A stretch of DNA of 61,140 nucleotides from assembly GCA_045576795.1 (NCBI GenBank), contig JAZNHE010000019.1, forward strand, positions 1 to 61,140, written 5' to 3'. This DNA comes from Eubacteriales bacterium. Lineage in GTDB: Bacteria; Bacillota; Clostridia; Oscillospirales; CAG-272. The notes below the pieces were generated by a model, which had not been told where the DNA came from, did not search any database, and worked only from the letters and a program-made list of their open reading frames with translations. This document shows positions 28,993 to 37,278 of the stretch, in pieces. A program made the translations under genes and the position numbers. Position 1 is the first letter of the stretch, and each line of letters opens with the position of its first letter.

Positions 28993-29067
28993 GCCTGCAT
29001 AGTTAAATGGATATAATAAACCCCTCCTAAGGGTTAGTTATGGGTTCGATTCCCGTTGCGGGTGCCA
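28993..29067 (+). tRNA. tRNA-Arg (anticodon CCT)
   Basis: Hand-folded cloverleaf: acceptor GCCTGCA/TGCGGGT (two G-U pairs), D-stem GTTA/TAAT, anticodon stem AACCC/GGGTT with loop C-T-CCT-A-A, T-arm ATGGG-TTCGATT-CCCGT, encoded GCCA 3' end. Confidence 0.85.
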
Positions 29068-29068
29068 T

Positions 29069-29103
29069 AAAAACAAGGTCTACCTCAAGTAGATCTTGTT
29101 TTA
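29069..29103 (+). terminator. Rho-independent terminator after tRNA-Arg
   Basis: Stem ACAAGGTCTAC (29073-29083) / GTAGATCTTGT (29089-29099), followed by TTTTAC. Confidence 0.7.
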
Positions 29104-29139
29104 CTTTATTTCACTTTTTCCACTCTTTCCTATCAAGGA

Positions 29140-29168
29140 TTGACACTGAGATCAAATTATGGTAGACT
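29140..29168 (+). promoter_or_regulatory. sigma70-type promoter of the 410-aa membrane protein gene
   Basis: TTGACA (29140-29145), 17 nt, TAGACT (29163-29168) with extended -10 TGg. Confidence 0.6.
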
Positions 29169-29220
29169 TTGAATATAACGATTATTAAGAAAGTTTACAA
29201 CCATTCGTTAAGGAGTAACT

Positions 29221-30453
29221 ATGATCGAGCAAATCAAAGCGAAAAATTCAAAGAGCTTCTATTGTATAAGAGGCTTTCTGATATTTGTTTCCTTTTTCGT
29301 AATATCAAAGCTGACAACACTCAGCACTACACTATTCTCCCTGCCATACGGTGGAGAAACTTCTCCTATATATGGAACACTCCCTAACCCCGTAGTATAT
29401 ATCATATGCTCCGTTGCTGCAATCTTTATATTCAATTCGGTTTCTCTCGCCTTTGCAACGTTTGACAGGAATGAAATGAAAAACTTCCTGGAAAGAGAAG
29501 AAACGCAAATCCACCTCACAAAAGAAATAGCAAACATTCTGAAAACGCCTCATCTGATTATTGAAATTGCAGTATCTCTCGTATTCACCGCTATCACGGC
29601 GCTTATTGGCGGTTTCTACGAAATCGGTGGAATTTTCTTTGATAGCACACACCGCGGTGGTTGGTTTCCGACGGTTATCCTGCTCCCGATTTGCTTTGCA
29701 ATCTCAATATTCGCAAAATATGAAGCAAGACGCTATTGGATAAAGTTAAATAGAGAAAATAACCTCGAAAAGGTTACACGCCCCTATGCTTTAGTATTAA
29801 GGATGATTATCATTCTCTTTATGTATCCTCTCCTATTCCCACTTGCGCCGATTATGGCAGCTGCAGTATACAGCGCTTTTGCTATCCTTTTCACCCTATT
29901 CAAAACACTGACGATTGTGGGAATAATAATCGTGCTTATACTTATACCGATAATTTTCGTTCTTATTCCATACTTAAAATTCATCAGCAGAAGAAGAAGA
30001 TTTTTCAAAAAGATGAAGAGGATAGCAAATACCGAGGGATACACGGTAAGCAACCTCAAAGACGCATACGCATACTTCAAGAAATCGGGCAGGACTTGTT
30101 CATTTGATCTTGCACTGGGAGATGCAACGTACAACTGTATAGTTATCAGTACGTCAAGGCGCGGTGTGCCTCTTGTATTTGAGTCACCGACAAACGCGCA
30201 TTTTGAACACAGGCTTGGTACAGACGGACACAACCTCTCAATGAAGCGTAACGTGGATCTGTTCCCCCGAGGCGATGGTAAGAAGATACTTATAGTACTT
30301 CCGAGTCCAAAGCACGTCTTTGTCACCGACGGAATAAAACGCAAAAGATTGTCTCAATCCGAAAAGCTATGGGAATATACCATCCACGACGATGCATCCT
30401 TCCTCGGCACAATGAGTAGGAAATCTCTCGATAAATCAGCGACCTACGATTAA
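29221..30453 (+). CDS. Hypothetical polytopic membrane protein with ~150-aa basic cytoplasmic C-terminal domain
   Basis: SD AAGGAG 7 nt upstream. About 8 hydrophobic helices, then an RRRRFFKKMKR stop-transfer segment and a soluble domain. No family recognised. Confidence 0.7.
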   Translation: MIEQIKAKNSKSFYCIRGFLIFVSFFVISKLTTLSTTLFSLPYGGETSPIYGTLPNPVVYIICSVAAIFIFNSVSLAFATFDRNEMKNFLEREETQIHLTKEIANILKTPHLIIEIAVSLVFTAITALIGGFYEIGGIFFDSTHRGGWFPTVILLPICFAISIFAKYEARRYWIKLNRENNLEKVTRPYALVLRMIIILFMYPLLFPLAPIMAAAVYSAFAILFTLFKTLTIVGIIIVLILIPIIFVLIPYLKFISRRRRFFKKMKRIANTEGYTVSNLKDAYAYFKKSGRTCSFDLALGDATYNCIVISTSRRGVPLVFESPTNAHFEHRLGTDGHNLSMKRNVDLFPRGDGKKILIVLPSPKHVFVTDGIKRKRLSQSEKLWEYTIHDDASFLGTMSRKSLDKSATYD

Positions 30454-30480
30454 TGACCTCTATAAATACCGTTATTTTTC

Positions 30481-30516
30481 AGCGTGTTTTCCACCAGTGG
30501 ATGACACGCTTTTTTA
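30481..30516 (+). terminator. Rho-independent terminator
   Basis: Stem AGCGTGT (30481-30487) / ACACGCT (30504-30510), followed by TTTTTT. Confidence 0.65.
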
Positions 30517-30772
30517 CTTTGCGATTTATCGAGCCCCCGAGTTCTATCCCGTAACGCTCGGGAAATTCGCTCATATTTTATGAAAAATGCCTGTTTTTAG
30601 TAAACTGTATTTTACATTTGTGGTGCTACGGGCTGTTTTTCTATCTTTTATATCATTTCCCGACTATCATCTTACAGATTATACCATAACTGTAAATTCG
30701 AGCCTTTCGCACTAAATAACTCAACACGGGTAAGACTTGCTAAATAATTATGAAATATTTTTAAATAATATG

Positions 30773-30801
30773 TTGACTTTGCGCGGATTTAGGTGTATAA
30801 T
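30773..30801 (+). promoter_or_regulatory. sigma70-type promoter of the Cys-rich repeat protein gene
   Basis: TTGACT, 17 nt (ttgcgcggatttaggtg), TATAAT. Confidence 0.6.
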
Positions 30802-30850
30802 ACTGAATAGATAATTTTATTAAATAATATAATCTTTTAGGAGGTTTCTC

Positions 30851-33466
30851 ATGATGAACAAGAGAATTATAGTACTTATGATTTCTCTTATGGTGATGCT
30901 CGTCGTTGCACTTGGTGTAACAAGCTGTAATCTCGTTGATGAATGCGAGCACGACTGGGCACCCGCCACCTGCACAGAACCCAAGACCTGTAAGCTTTGT
31001 CAAGCTACCGAGGGTACTCCCCTTACACATACCGGCGGCAAGGCAACTTGTAAGGGAAAGGCAGTATGTGTTTTATGTCAACAGCCGTATGGAGAGCTGG
31101 CTGACCACGTATGGGTAGAGGCTACCTGTACCGACGCGGCTTACTGCTCCGTATGTGATATGGAAAACGGATATAAGCTCGGTCATTACTCCGAGGTTAT
31201 CAAATCCTGTAACGAGTACACCAAGTGTGACCGTTGTAACAAGAACTACATACCCGGTCACATAATGGGTGAGGCTACTTGTACTGCTCCCAGCACGTGC
31301 ACACGCGTAGGCTGTGGTCATACTGTAGGTGATCCCCTTGGCCACAATATGAAGAATCCTACCTGTACGGAGCCTGCTACCTGTAGTCGCTGCGATCATA
31401 CAGAGGGCAATCCTCTCGGTCACGATTGGGCAGATGCTACTTGTACTACTCCCAAGACCTGTAATGTATGTCGCGCAACAGAGGGCGCAGCACTCGGTCA
31501 CGATTGGGCAGATGCTACTTGTACCGCTCCCAAGACCTGTAATACCTGTCATGCAACAGAGGGTGAGGCACTTAACCACTTCTGCGTAGACGTTAGCTCC
31601 GTTGCTCCTACATGTACCGAGGACGGTTACGTTGTAAGAGAATGTGTACGTTGCGACTTTGTAAGAGTGGATTACGGCATGGATAACAATACCAAGCTCG
31701 GTCACGAGCTTGTATCTCATCCATACAAGTATGCAACCTGTACCGAGGACGGCCACAACGCTTACGTTGAATGTACGCGCGATGACTGTGGTTACACCAC
31801 CTTTAAGGCTATCCCGGCATACGGTCACAATATGCTCCCTGCTACCTGTACGCTTCCCAGCACATGTAGCCGTTACGGTTGTGGTCACACCGAGGGCGAC
31901 GCGCTCGGACATACCGCCGGCGATGCAGCTACTTGTATCTCCGATCAGATCTGTACCGTATGTAACACAGTTCTCGTTCCAAAATTCGGACATGTGTGGA
32001 GCGCATGGACTCCCAACGATGATGGAACAACTCATACAAGAGTATGCTCAAATAACACCTGTGACGATTGTGTAGAAAACGCTGACTGTAACGGTCCTAC
32101 AGCTACATGTACTACCGATCAGGTATGCAATGCATGTGCAAGAGTTATGAATGTAGCTACCGGTCATACTCCCGGTGATGCTCCCACATGTACAGAGGAT
32201 CAGATCTGTCTCACCTGCGGTGAGGTTCTCGCTGACAGACTCGGCCACGCTCTCGTTGGCGCTACCTGCACAGAGCCTGTGAAGTGTACTCGCGAGGGCT
32301 GTGATTACACAGAGGGCAACGCTCTCGATCACGTATGGAGTGCTTGGGTAAGCAACAACAACGGAACTCATACAAAGACCTGTTCAAACGATCCTACTCA
32401 TGTAATCACTCTCCACTGCGCAAGCACCGAGACAGTTAAGTGCGGTGTTGACGTAGTATGTAACGATTGCGGATATGTAATTGAGGAAGCTCCCGATCAC
32501 GACTATCTCGTAGTAGTTACCGATCCCACCTGTCTTGTAGGCGGTTACACCACTTACACTTGTCAGCGTGAGGGCTGCGGTCACTCATACGTTGGTGATG
32601 AGGTTGATGCTCTTGGACACGACTATCTTACAACAGTTACCGATCCTACCTGTCTTGCAGGTGGATATACCACTCATACATGTCAGCGTGAGGATTGCGG
32701 TCACTCCTACGTATCCGATGAGGTTGATGCTCTCGGACACAACTATGGCGAATGGACAGTTGCAGACGGCACTCATACAAGAGTATGTCAGAATGACCAG
32801 ACTCACGTAGAGACCGGCAAGTGTGTATCCGACACCACTGCAGATTGTGAAAATGCCCAGATCTGTAGCGTATGTAACAATGTTATGACACCTGCTCTCG
32901 GTCACAACTGGAGCGAGTGGGAGGTTGTTAAGGGCACTCACACAAGAGTATGCCAGAATGATGAAACACACGTTGAGAGTGGCAGCTGCCACGGTGCACC
33001 CGCTACATGCGAGGATGCACAGGTTTGTGAAGTATGCTCTACCGTTATGACACGTGCGCTCGGTCACAGATGGGGCGACTGGACATCCAACGGCAACGGC
33101 ACTCACACAAGAATCTGCGCTAACAACGTTACTCACACCGAAACCGCTGATTGCGCCGGTGTAAAGGCTTCTTGTACTTCTCCTGCATTCTGCTCGAGCT
33201 GTAACACAAACTACGGCACAGCTCTCGGCCACAGCTACGACTATGCTTGTGATGATGCATGTAACATCTGCTCTGCTGTAAGAGCATCTGCTATCCACAT
33301 CGATGACAACACAGACGATATTTGTGACAACTGCAACCAGAAGATGCCTCGTGAGCCTCGCACACCCGGTCAGAAGATTGGTATCGTGCTTCTCTGCCTC
33401 GCAACTGCAGGCGGCGGCGGATTCCTTGTATACTGGTTTGTATTCAAGAAGAAGCTCATAAAGTAA
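30851..33466 (+). CDS. Cys/His-rich repeat surface protein (lipobox signal peptide + C-terminal TM anchor)
   Basis: SD AGGAGG. N-terminus ...VVALGVTSC is lipobox-like. More than 20 modules of the form C-T-x-P-x-x-C-x-x-C-...-G-x-x-L-G-H, with some adjacent modules near-identical at DNA level (31420-31580; 32500-32750). C-terminal IGIVLLCLATAGGGGFLVYWFVF-KKKLIK. Confidence 0.8.
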   Translation: MMNKRIIVLMISLMVMLVVALGVTSCNLVDECEHDWAPATCTEPKTCKLCQATEGTPLTHTGGKATCKGKAVCVLCQQPYGELADHVWVEATCTDAAYCSVCDMENGYKLGHYSEVIKSCNEYTKCDRCNKNYIPGHIMGEATCTAPSTCTRVGCGHTVGDPLGHNMKNPTCTEPATCSRCDHTEGNPLGHDWADATCTTPKTCNVCRATEGAALGHDWADATCTAPKTCNTCHATEGEALNHFCVDVSSVAPTCTEDGYVVRECVRCDFVRVDYGMDNNTKLGHELVSHPYKYATCTEDGHNAYVECTRDDCGYTTFKAIPAYGHNMLPATCTLPSTCSRYGCGHTEGDALGHTAGDAATCISDQICTVCNTVLVPKFGHVWSAWTPNDDGTTHTRVCSNNTCDDCVENADCNGPTATCTTDQVCNACARVMNVATGHTPGDAPTCTEDQICLTCGEVLADRLGHALVGATCTEPVKCTREGCDYTEGNALDHVWSAWVSNNNGTHTKTCSNDPTHVITLHCASTETVKCGVDVVCNDCGYVIEEAPDHDYLVVVTDPTCLVGGYTTYTCQREGCGHSYVGDEVDALGHDYLTTVTDPTCLAGGYTTHTCQREDCGHSYVSDEVDALGHNYGEWTVADGTHTRVCQNDQTHVETGKCVSDTTADCENAQICSVCNNVMTPALGHNWSEWEVVKGTHTRVCQNDETHVESGSCHGAPATCEDAQVCEVCSTVMTRALGHRWGDWTSNGNGTHTRICANNVTHTETADCAGVKASCTSPAFCSSCNTNYGTALGHSYDYACDDACNICSAVRASAIHIDDNTDDICDNCNQKMPREPRTPGQKIGIVLLCLATAGGGGFLVYWFVFKKKLIK

Positions 33467-33504
33467 TAGCGCGACGCTCAGCGTCAAGCTGATACAAATA
33501 TAAC

Positions 33505-33538
33505 AAAATGGGTACGGATCGCTCTGTACCCATTTTTA
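33505..33538 (+). terminator. Rho-independent terminator after the Cys-rich protein gene
   Basis: Stem AAAATGGGTAC / GTACCCATTTT followed by a T-run. Confidence 0.7.
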
Positions 33539-33729
33539 ATTGATGCAAAAACTACAATTAACAGATTAACACTATATTAATGCACAGACTAAAGCACAAT
33601 CAATGATCGGTCAAAACATGGTTAATGCATAGACTAATATAATCAATGCATAGGCTAAATATAATCAATGCACATGCTAAATGTAATTGATGCACAGCTA
33701 AAATATAATCAATGAATAAGCAAAAATCA
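33537..33729. repeat. Array of about 9 degenerate ~22-bp direct repeats (core AATCAATGCAyAGrCTAAATAT)
   Basis: The best four copies are contiguous with exact 22-bp spacing at 33642, 33664, 33686 and 33708. Weaker copies extend upstream to 33537. Confidence 0.85.
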
Positions 33730-33767
33730 AAAAAAGGAAGATGCACGGAATAAACCGAGCATCTTCC
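33729..33767 (-). terminator. Rho-independent terminator after pnp
   Basis: Stem GGAAGATGC (33736-33744) / GCATCTTCC (33759-33767). The rc strand is followed by TTTTTTT. Confidence 0.7.
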
Positions 33768-33790
33768 TTTTAATATATATAAGAACGAAA

Positions 33791-35893
33791 TTAGTCAGCA
33801 TCCTTCATAGAAAGGTTTTCTCTGCCCTTCTCGTCCTTGCCGAGATACTTAACGCGAACAGTGTCGCCAAGAGCAACAACGTCCTCTACGTTCTCTGTTC
33901 TCTGCTTCTGAAGCTTGGAAATGTGTACCATACCTTCCTTGCCGGGAGCATATTCTACAAATGCGCCGATAGGAATAATTCTTGTAACAGTGCCCTCATA
34001 GGTCTCGCCTACAACAGGCTCGAATACGATAGCGTCGATAATTGCCTTTGCAGCCTCTGCGCTTGCCTTATCAACAGCGGCGATAAATACAGAACCGTCA
34101 TCCTGGATATCAATCTTCGCGCCGGTATCTGCAACGATCTTCTGGATAACCTTTCCGCCCGTACCGATAACTTCACGAATCTTGTCGGGGTTAATCTTCA
34201 TGGAAATCATCTTGGGAGCATACTCGGAAACGTCAGCTCTGGGAGCGGGGATTGCCGCAAGGAGAATCTTGTCAATAATCTCATCTCTGCCCTGGTGAGT
34301 GGTCTCAAGAGCTCTCTTTATAATCTCGGGGGTAAGTCCGTCAACCTTAAGGTCCATCTGAATAGATGTGATACCCTTGTGTGTACCTGCAACCTTGAAG
34401 TCCATGTCGCCATAGAAGTCCTCAAGTCCCTGAATATCTATCATTGTATCCCAAGAGCCGTCCTCTGCAGTGATAAGACCGCAAGATATACCTGCAACGG
34501 GAGCCTTAATCGGAACACCCGCATCCATAAGAGCAAGAGTAGATCCGCATACAGATCCCTGTGATGTAGAACCGTTAGAGCTTACAACCTCGGATACAAG
34601 ACGGATAGCGTAGGGGAATTCCTCCTCACTGGGAAGAACGGGAACGAGTGAACGCTCTGCAAGAGCACCGTGGCCTATCTCACGACGTCCGGGAGAACGA
34701 AGTGCCTTTGCCTCACCGGTGGAATAGCCGGGCATATTGTAGTGATGCATATATCTCTTGCCTGTCTCATCATCAAGTCCCTCAAGCTTCTGTCCCTCGG
34801 AAAGAGTGCCGAGAGTAGCAATAGTAAGAACCTGAGTCTGACCTCTGGTGAAAAGACCTGATCCGTGAACTCTCGGAATAACACCAACCTCTGCTGCAAG
34901 AGGTCTGATCTCATCCATTCTTCTTCCGTCAACACGCTTCTTATCAACGAGAAGCCAACGGCGAACTATCTTCTTCTGTATCTTGTAGATAAGCTCGGGG
35001 AGAATAGTCTTGATATCCTCGTACTTCTCCTCAAAGGTTGCTACGATATCATCCATAATGGGCTGCATCTTGGCATCGCGCACGTTCTTGTCATCGGTGT
35101 CGAGTGCCTCCATAACAGCAGCCTCACAGTATGCGAAGATCTCGTCAAACATATCGTGATCAAGCTCTCCGGATGCATACTCAAACTTGGGCTTACCAAT
35201 CTCGCTAACTATACCGTTAATGAAGTCTACAAGGCCCTTGATCTCCTCGTGAGCCTTCATGATAGCGACATACATCACGTCATCGGCAACCTCATTAGCT
35301 CCGGCCTCGATCATAACTACCTTCTCCTTGGAAGCAGCTACTGTAAGCTCAAGATCAGAAACCTTTCTCTGCTCGTAGGTGGGGTTAACAACGATCTCGC
35401 CGTCAACAAGTCCCATAAATACGCCACCGATAGGTCCATTCCACGGAATATCCGAAATAGAGAGCGCGATGGACGCACCGATCATAGCGGTTATTTCGGG
35501 TGAGCAATCAGGATCAACCGACATAATAGTGAGAAGAAGTGAGATGTCATTGCGAAGATCCTTCGGGAAGAGGGGTCTTACGGGACGGTCTATAACACGT
35601 CCTGCGAGTACAGCCTTCTCGGAGGGCTTACCCTCTCTCTTGAGGAAGCCGCCGGGGATCTTGCCCACAGCGTACATCTTCTCATCGTAATCAACCGAAA
35701 GGGGCAAGAAATCAATGCCCTCACGGGGTGCTGCGGATGCAGTAGCGGTTGCAAGCACGGTTGTCTCACCGTACTGAACAAGAGCCGCACCGTTAGCAAG
35801 GCCTGCAATCTTACCTGTCTTTACGACGAGGGGGCGGCCTGCAAGGTCATAAGTAAAGACCTTTTCATCAAATGTTTTGAAGTTTTCTACCAT
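33791..35893 (-). CDS. pnp: Polyribonucleotide nucleotidyltransferase (PNPase)
   Basis: 700 aa with two RNase-PH domains, KH and C-terminal S1 (GETYEGTVTRIIPIGAFVE). Lies directly downstream of rpsO. Confidence 0.93.
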   Translation of the reverse strand: MVENFKTFDEKVFTYDLAGRPLVVKTGKIAGLANGAALVQYGETTVLATATASAAPREGIDFLPLSVDYDEKMYAVGKIPGGFLKREGKPSEKAVLAGRVIDRPVRPLFPKDLRNDISLLLTIMSVDPDCSPEITAMIGASIALSISDIPWNGPIGGVFMGLVDGEIVVNPTYEQRKVSDLELTVAASKEKVVMIEAGANEVADDVMYVAIMKAHEEIKGLVDFINGIVSEIGKPKFEYASGELDHDMFDEIFAYCEAAVMEALDTDDKNVRDAKMQPIMDDIVATFEEKYEDIKTILPELIYKIQKKIVRRWLLVDKKRVDGRRMDEIRPLAAEVGVIPRVHGSGLFTRGQTQVLTIATLGTLSEGQKLEGLDDETGKRYMHHYNMPGYSTGEAKALRSPGRREIGHGALAERSLVPVLPSEEEFPYAIRLVSEVVSSNGSTSQGSVCGSTLALMDAGVPIKAPVAGISCGLITAEDGSWDTMIDIQGLEDFYGDMDFKVAGTHKGITSIQMDLKVDGLTPEIIKRALETTHQGRDEIIDKILLAAIPAPRADVSEYAPKMISMKINPDKIREVIGTGGKVIQKIVADTGAKIDIQDDGSVFIAAVDKASAEAAKAIIDAIVFEPVVGETYEGTVTRIIPIGAFVEYAPGKEGMVHISKLQKQRTENVEDVVALGDTVRVKYLGKDEKGRENLSMKDAD

Positions 35894-35935
35894 TTTGTTT
35901 TCCTCCTTGTTTTTTCAACACGAGGGCGAACATAA

Positions 35936-35980
35936 CACTTAAATATGTGCTTAAGCACGTCTTAAACACATATTTAAATG
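35936..35980 (-). promoter_or_regulatory. Long near-perfect hairpin in the rpsO-pnp intergenic leader (candidate RNase III processing/autoregulation site)
   Basis: 14-nt arms CACTTAAATATGTG / CACATATTTAAATG (one mismatch) enclose the GCTTAAGC palindrome. Its position is analogous to the E. coli pnp leader hairpin. Confidence 0.5.
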
Positions 35981-36014
35981 CTACTTCCGCACCTCGGCCG
36001 ATGTGTTTTAATTC

Positions 36015-36058
36015 TTAAAAAACGGGAACGAAAAAGCAAATAGCGCATTCGTCCCCGT
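36015..36058 (-). terminator. Rho-independent terminator/attenuator after rpsO
   Basis: rc strand has an 11-bp stem ACGGGGACGAA / TTCGTTCCCGT (one G-U), followed by TTTTTT. Confidence 0.65.
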
Positions 36059-36084
36059 CTTGTGTCCCGGCGGGAAAGTAACGA

Positions 36085-36351
36085 TTACTTTCTGAGACCG
36101 AGTCTCTTGATAACTTCTCTGTATCTTTCGATGTCCTTCTTCATAAGGTAGCTGAGAAGCTGCTTTCTGTGTCCAACCATCTTAGAAAGACCTCTCTGAG
36201 AGTGGAAATCCTTAGGATTCTTCTTCATATGCTCAGTAAGCTCCTTGATTCTTGCAGTAAGAATAGCGATCTGAACCTCGGGAGAACCGGTATCTCTCTC
36301 ATTGATCTTGAACTCTTCGATAAGAGCAGTCTTTGTTTCCTTTGCGATCAT
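36085..36351 (-). CDS. rpsO: 30S ribosomal protein S15
   Basis: 88 aa. Contains ...[17 protein letters not shown]...NPKD.HS.RGL..MVG.R..LL.YL signature. Confidence 0.93.
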   Translation of the reverse strand: MIAKETKTALIEEFKINERDTGSPEVQIAILTARIKELTEHMKKNPKDFHSQRGLSKMVGHRKQLLSYLMKKDIERYREVIKRLGLRK

Positions 36352-36481
36352 GATACTTCACCTTTCATAATATTTTTCTCCGTAAAACCGAGCTATGCGC
36401 GGGTGAAATGCAAAAGCTACGCAAGAGTATTTCTCAAACGGAGCAGTGCCATACGCAACACTCAGCATTAGGCCAACAAGT

Positions 36482-36510
36482 AGTATAACATATTTTTTTA
36501 TATTTGTAAA
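36482..36510 (-). promoter_or_regulatory. sigma70-type promoter of rpsO (leaves a ~115-nt leader)
   Basis: rc strand reads TTTACA (36510-36505), 17 nt, TATACT (36487-36482). Confidence 0.5.
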
Positions 36511-36624
36511 GTCTTTTTTTATATTTAATATTATTTGAGTTAAATTTATTGATTTTTTACTCATTTTTGTGTTATTGTTTGTATTTTTTATTGATATTAA
36601 CGATAAAAATGAAGACTTCCTTGC

Positions 36625-37191
36625 TTAAAGCTTTTCAAGCAGAGCCAGAAGTGCCCTGCCCCTGTGACTTATCTCGTTTTTCTCTTTGTCGGTCAATTCT
36701 GCAACTGTGCGGAAATCTCCCTCCGGAACAAAAATAGGGTCATAACCAAAACCGCCCTCGCCTCGCGCGTCATCTATGATAGTGCCGTACATATATCCCT
36801 CCGCAGTGACGAGGCTTCCGTCAGGAAAGGCAACCGCCATAGCACAGGTATAGTGCGCACCCCTGTCGTCCTTGTCCTTAAGCTTATCAAGCAGCAGAGC
36901 GTTGTTATCCTTATCCGTACCACCTGAAAATCTGGCACTGAAAATACCGGGTGCTCCGTTAAGTGCGTGAGCGCATATTCCGCTATCGTCGGCAAGTGCC
37001 GCGCATCCCGATATATCCGATATTTCCCGTGCTTTCTTGACAGCATTCTCCATAAAGGTTGAGCCGTCCTCAACAGTCTCGTGAGATATGCCTGCCTCAC
37101 CTAATGAGAGTACCTCTTCAAACTTACCTGAAAGGATTTGCTTAATCTCGTAAATTTTATGCTTGTTATTTGATGCTATTATCAGCTTCAT
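36625..37191 (-). CDS. rdgB: Non-canonical purine NTP pyrophosphatase (RdgB/HAM1)
   Basis: MKLIIASNNKHK N-terminus, FGYDPIF motif, SHRG near the C-terminus. Confidence 0.88.
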   Translation of the reverse strand: MKLIIASNNKHKIYEIKQILSGKFEEVLSLGEAGISHETVEDGSTFMENAVKKAREISDISGCAALADDSGICAHALNGAPGIFSARFSGGTDKDNNALLLDKLKDKDDRGAHYTCAMAVAFPDGSLVTAEGYMYGTIIDDARGEGGFGYDPIFVPEGDFRTVAELTDKEKNEISHRGRALLALLEKL

Positions 37192-37238
37192 AACGTCCTC
37201 TTACGTGGTTTTTGTAAACTTTTGTTTGATTTATGGTC

Positions 37239-37267
37239 AAAAAGCGTGGCAGATGCCACGCCTTTTT
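37239..37267 (-). terminator. Rho-independent terminator after fhs
   Basis: Stem GCGTGGC (37244-37250) / GCCACGC (37255-37261), flanked by A- and T-runs. Confidence 0.6.
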
Positions 37268-37278
37268 ACAAAGTGCCG

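Noticed and set aside
28590-29067. tmRNA (ssrA). The region has a tRNA-like 3' end with GGGTTCGATTCCC...GCCA. It also contains a possible tag-like frame ...GCA AAC TAT GCG ACG GTG GCG TAA (ANYATVA*) next to a hairpin.
   Set aside because: The 3' domain folds as a complete cloverleaf with a canonical anticodon loop (CCT). The acceptor stem is GCCTGCA/TGCGGGT, with no GGGG...CCACCA and no G3-U70 alanine identity pair. The discriminator is G. The tag does not end in the usual LAA/VAA with tandem stops. It is therefore a true tRNA-Arg with an unusual 5' extension. The tmRNA-like topology is kept only as a speculative alternative in the finding.
31073-33487. Long antisense ORFs (31073..32035, 32048..32371, 32585..33487 on the minus strand) opposite the Cys-rich repeat gene.
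   Set aside because: These are shadow ORFs caused by the biased codon and repeat composition of the sense gene. They have no SD or promoter and give low-complexity products. The sense ORF has an SD, a signal peptide and a TM anchor.
28400-33790. Prophage or integrative island integrated at tRNA-Arg (and at tRNA-Leu).
   Set aside because: No integrase, excisionase, phage or conjugation genes are present. The duplicated tRNA segments are the 5' parts, and they lie only 341 and 485 nt from the intact genes. At most these are mini-elements or remnants, so the evidence does not support a full island.
36358-36564. 68-aa minus-strand ORF between rpsO and rdgB.
   Set aside because: It overlaps the rpsO promoter and leader in extremely AT-rich DNA. 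There is no SD, and the product is low-complexity.
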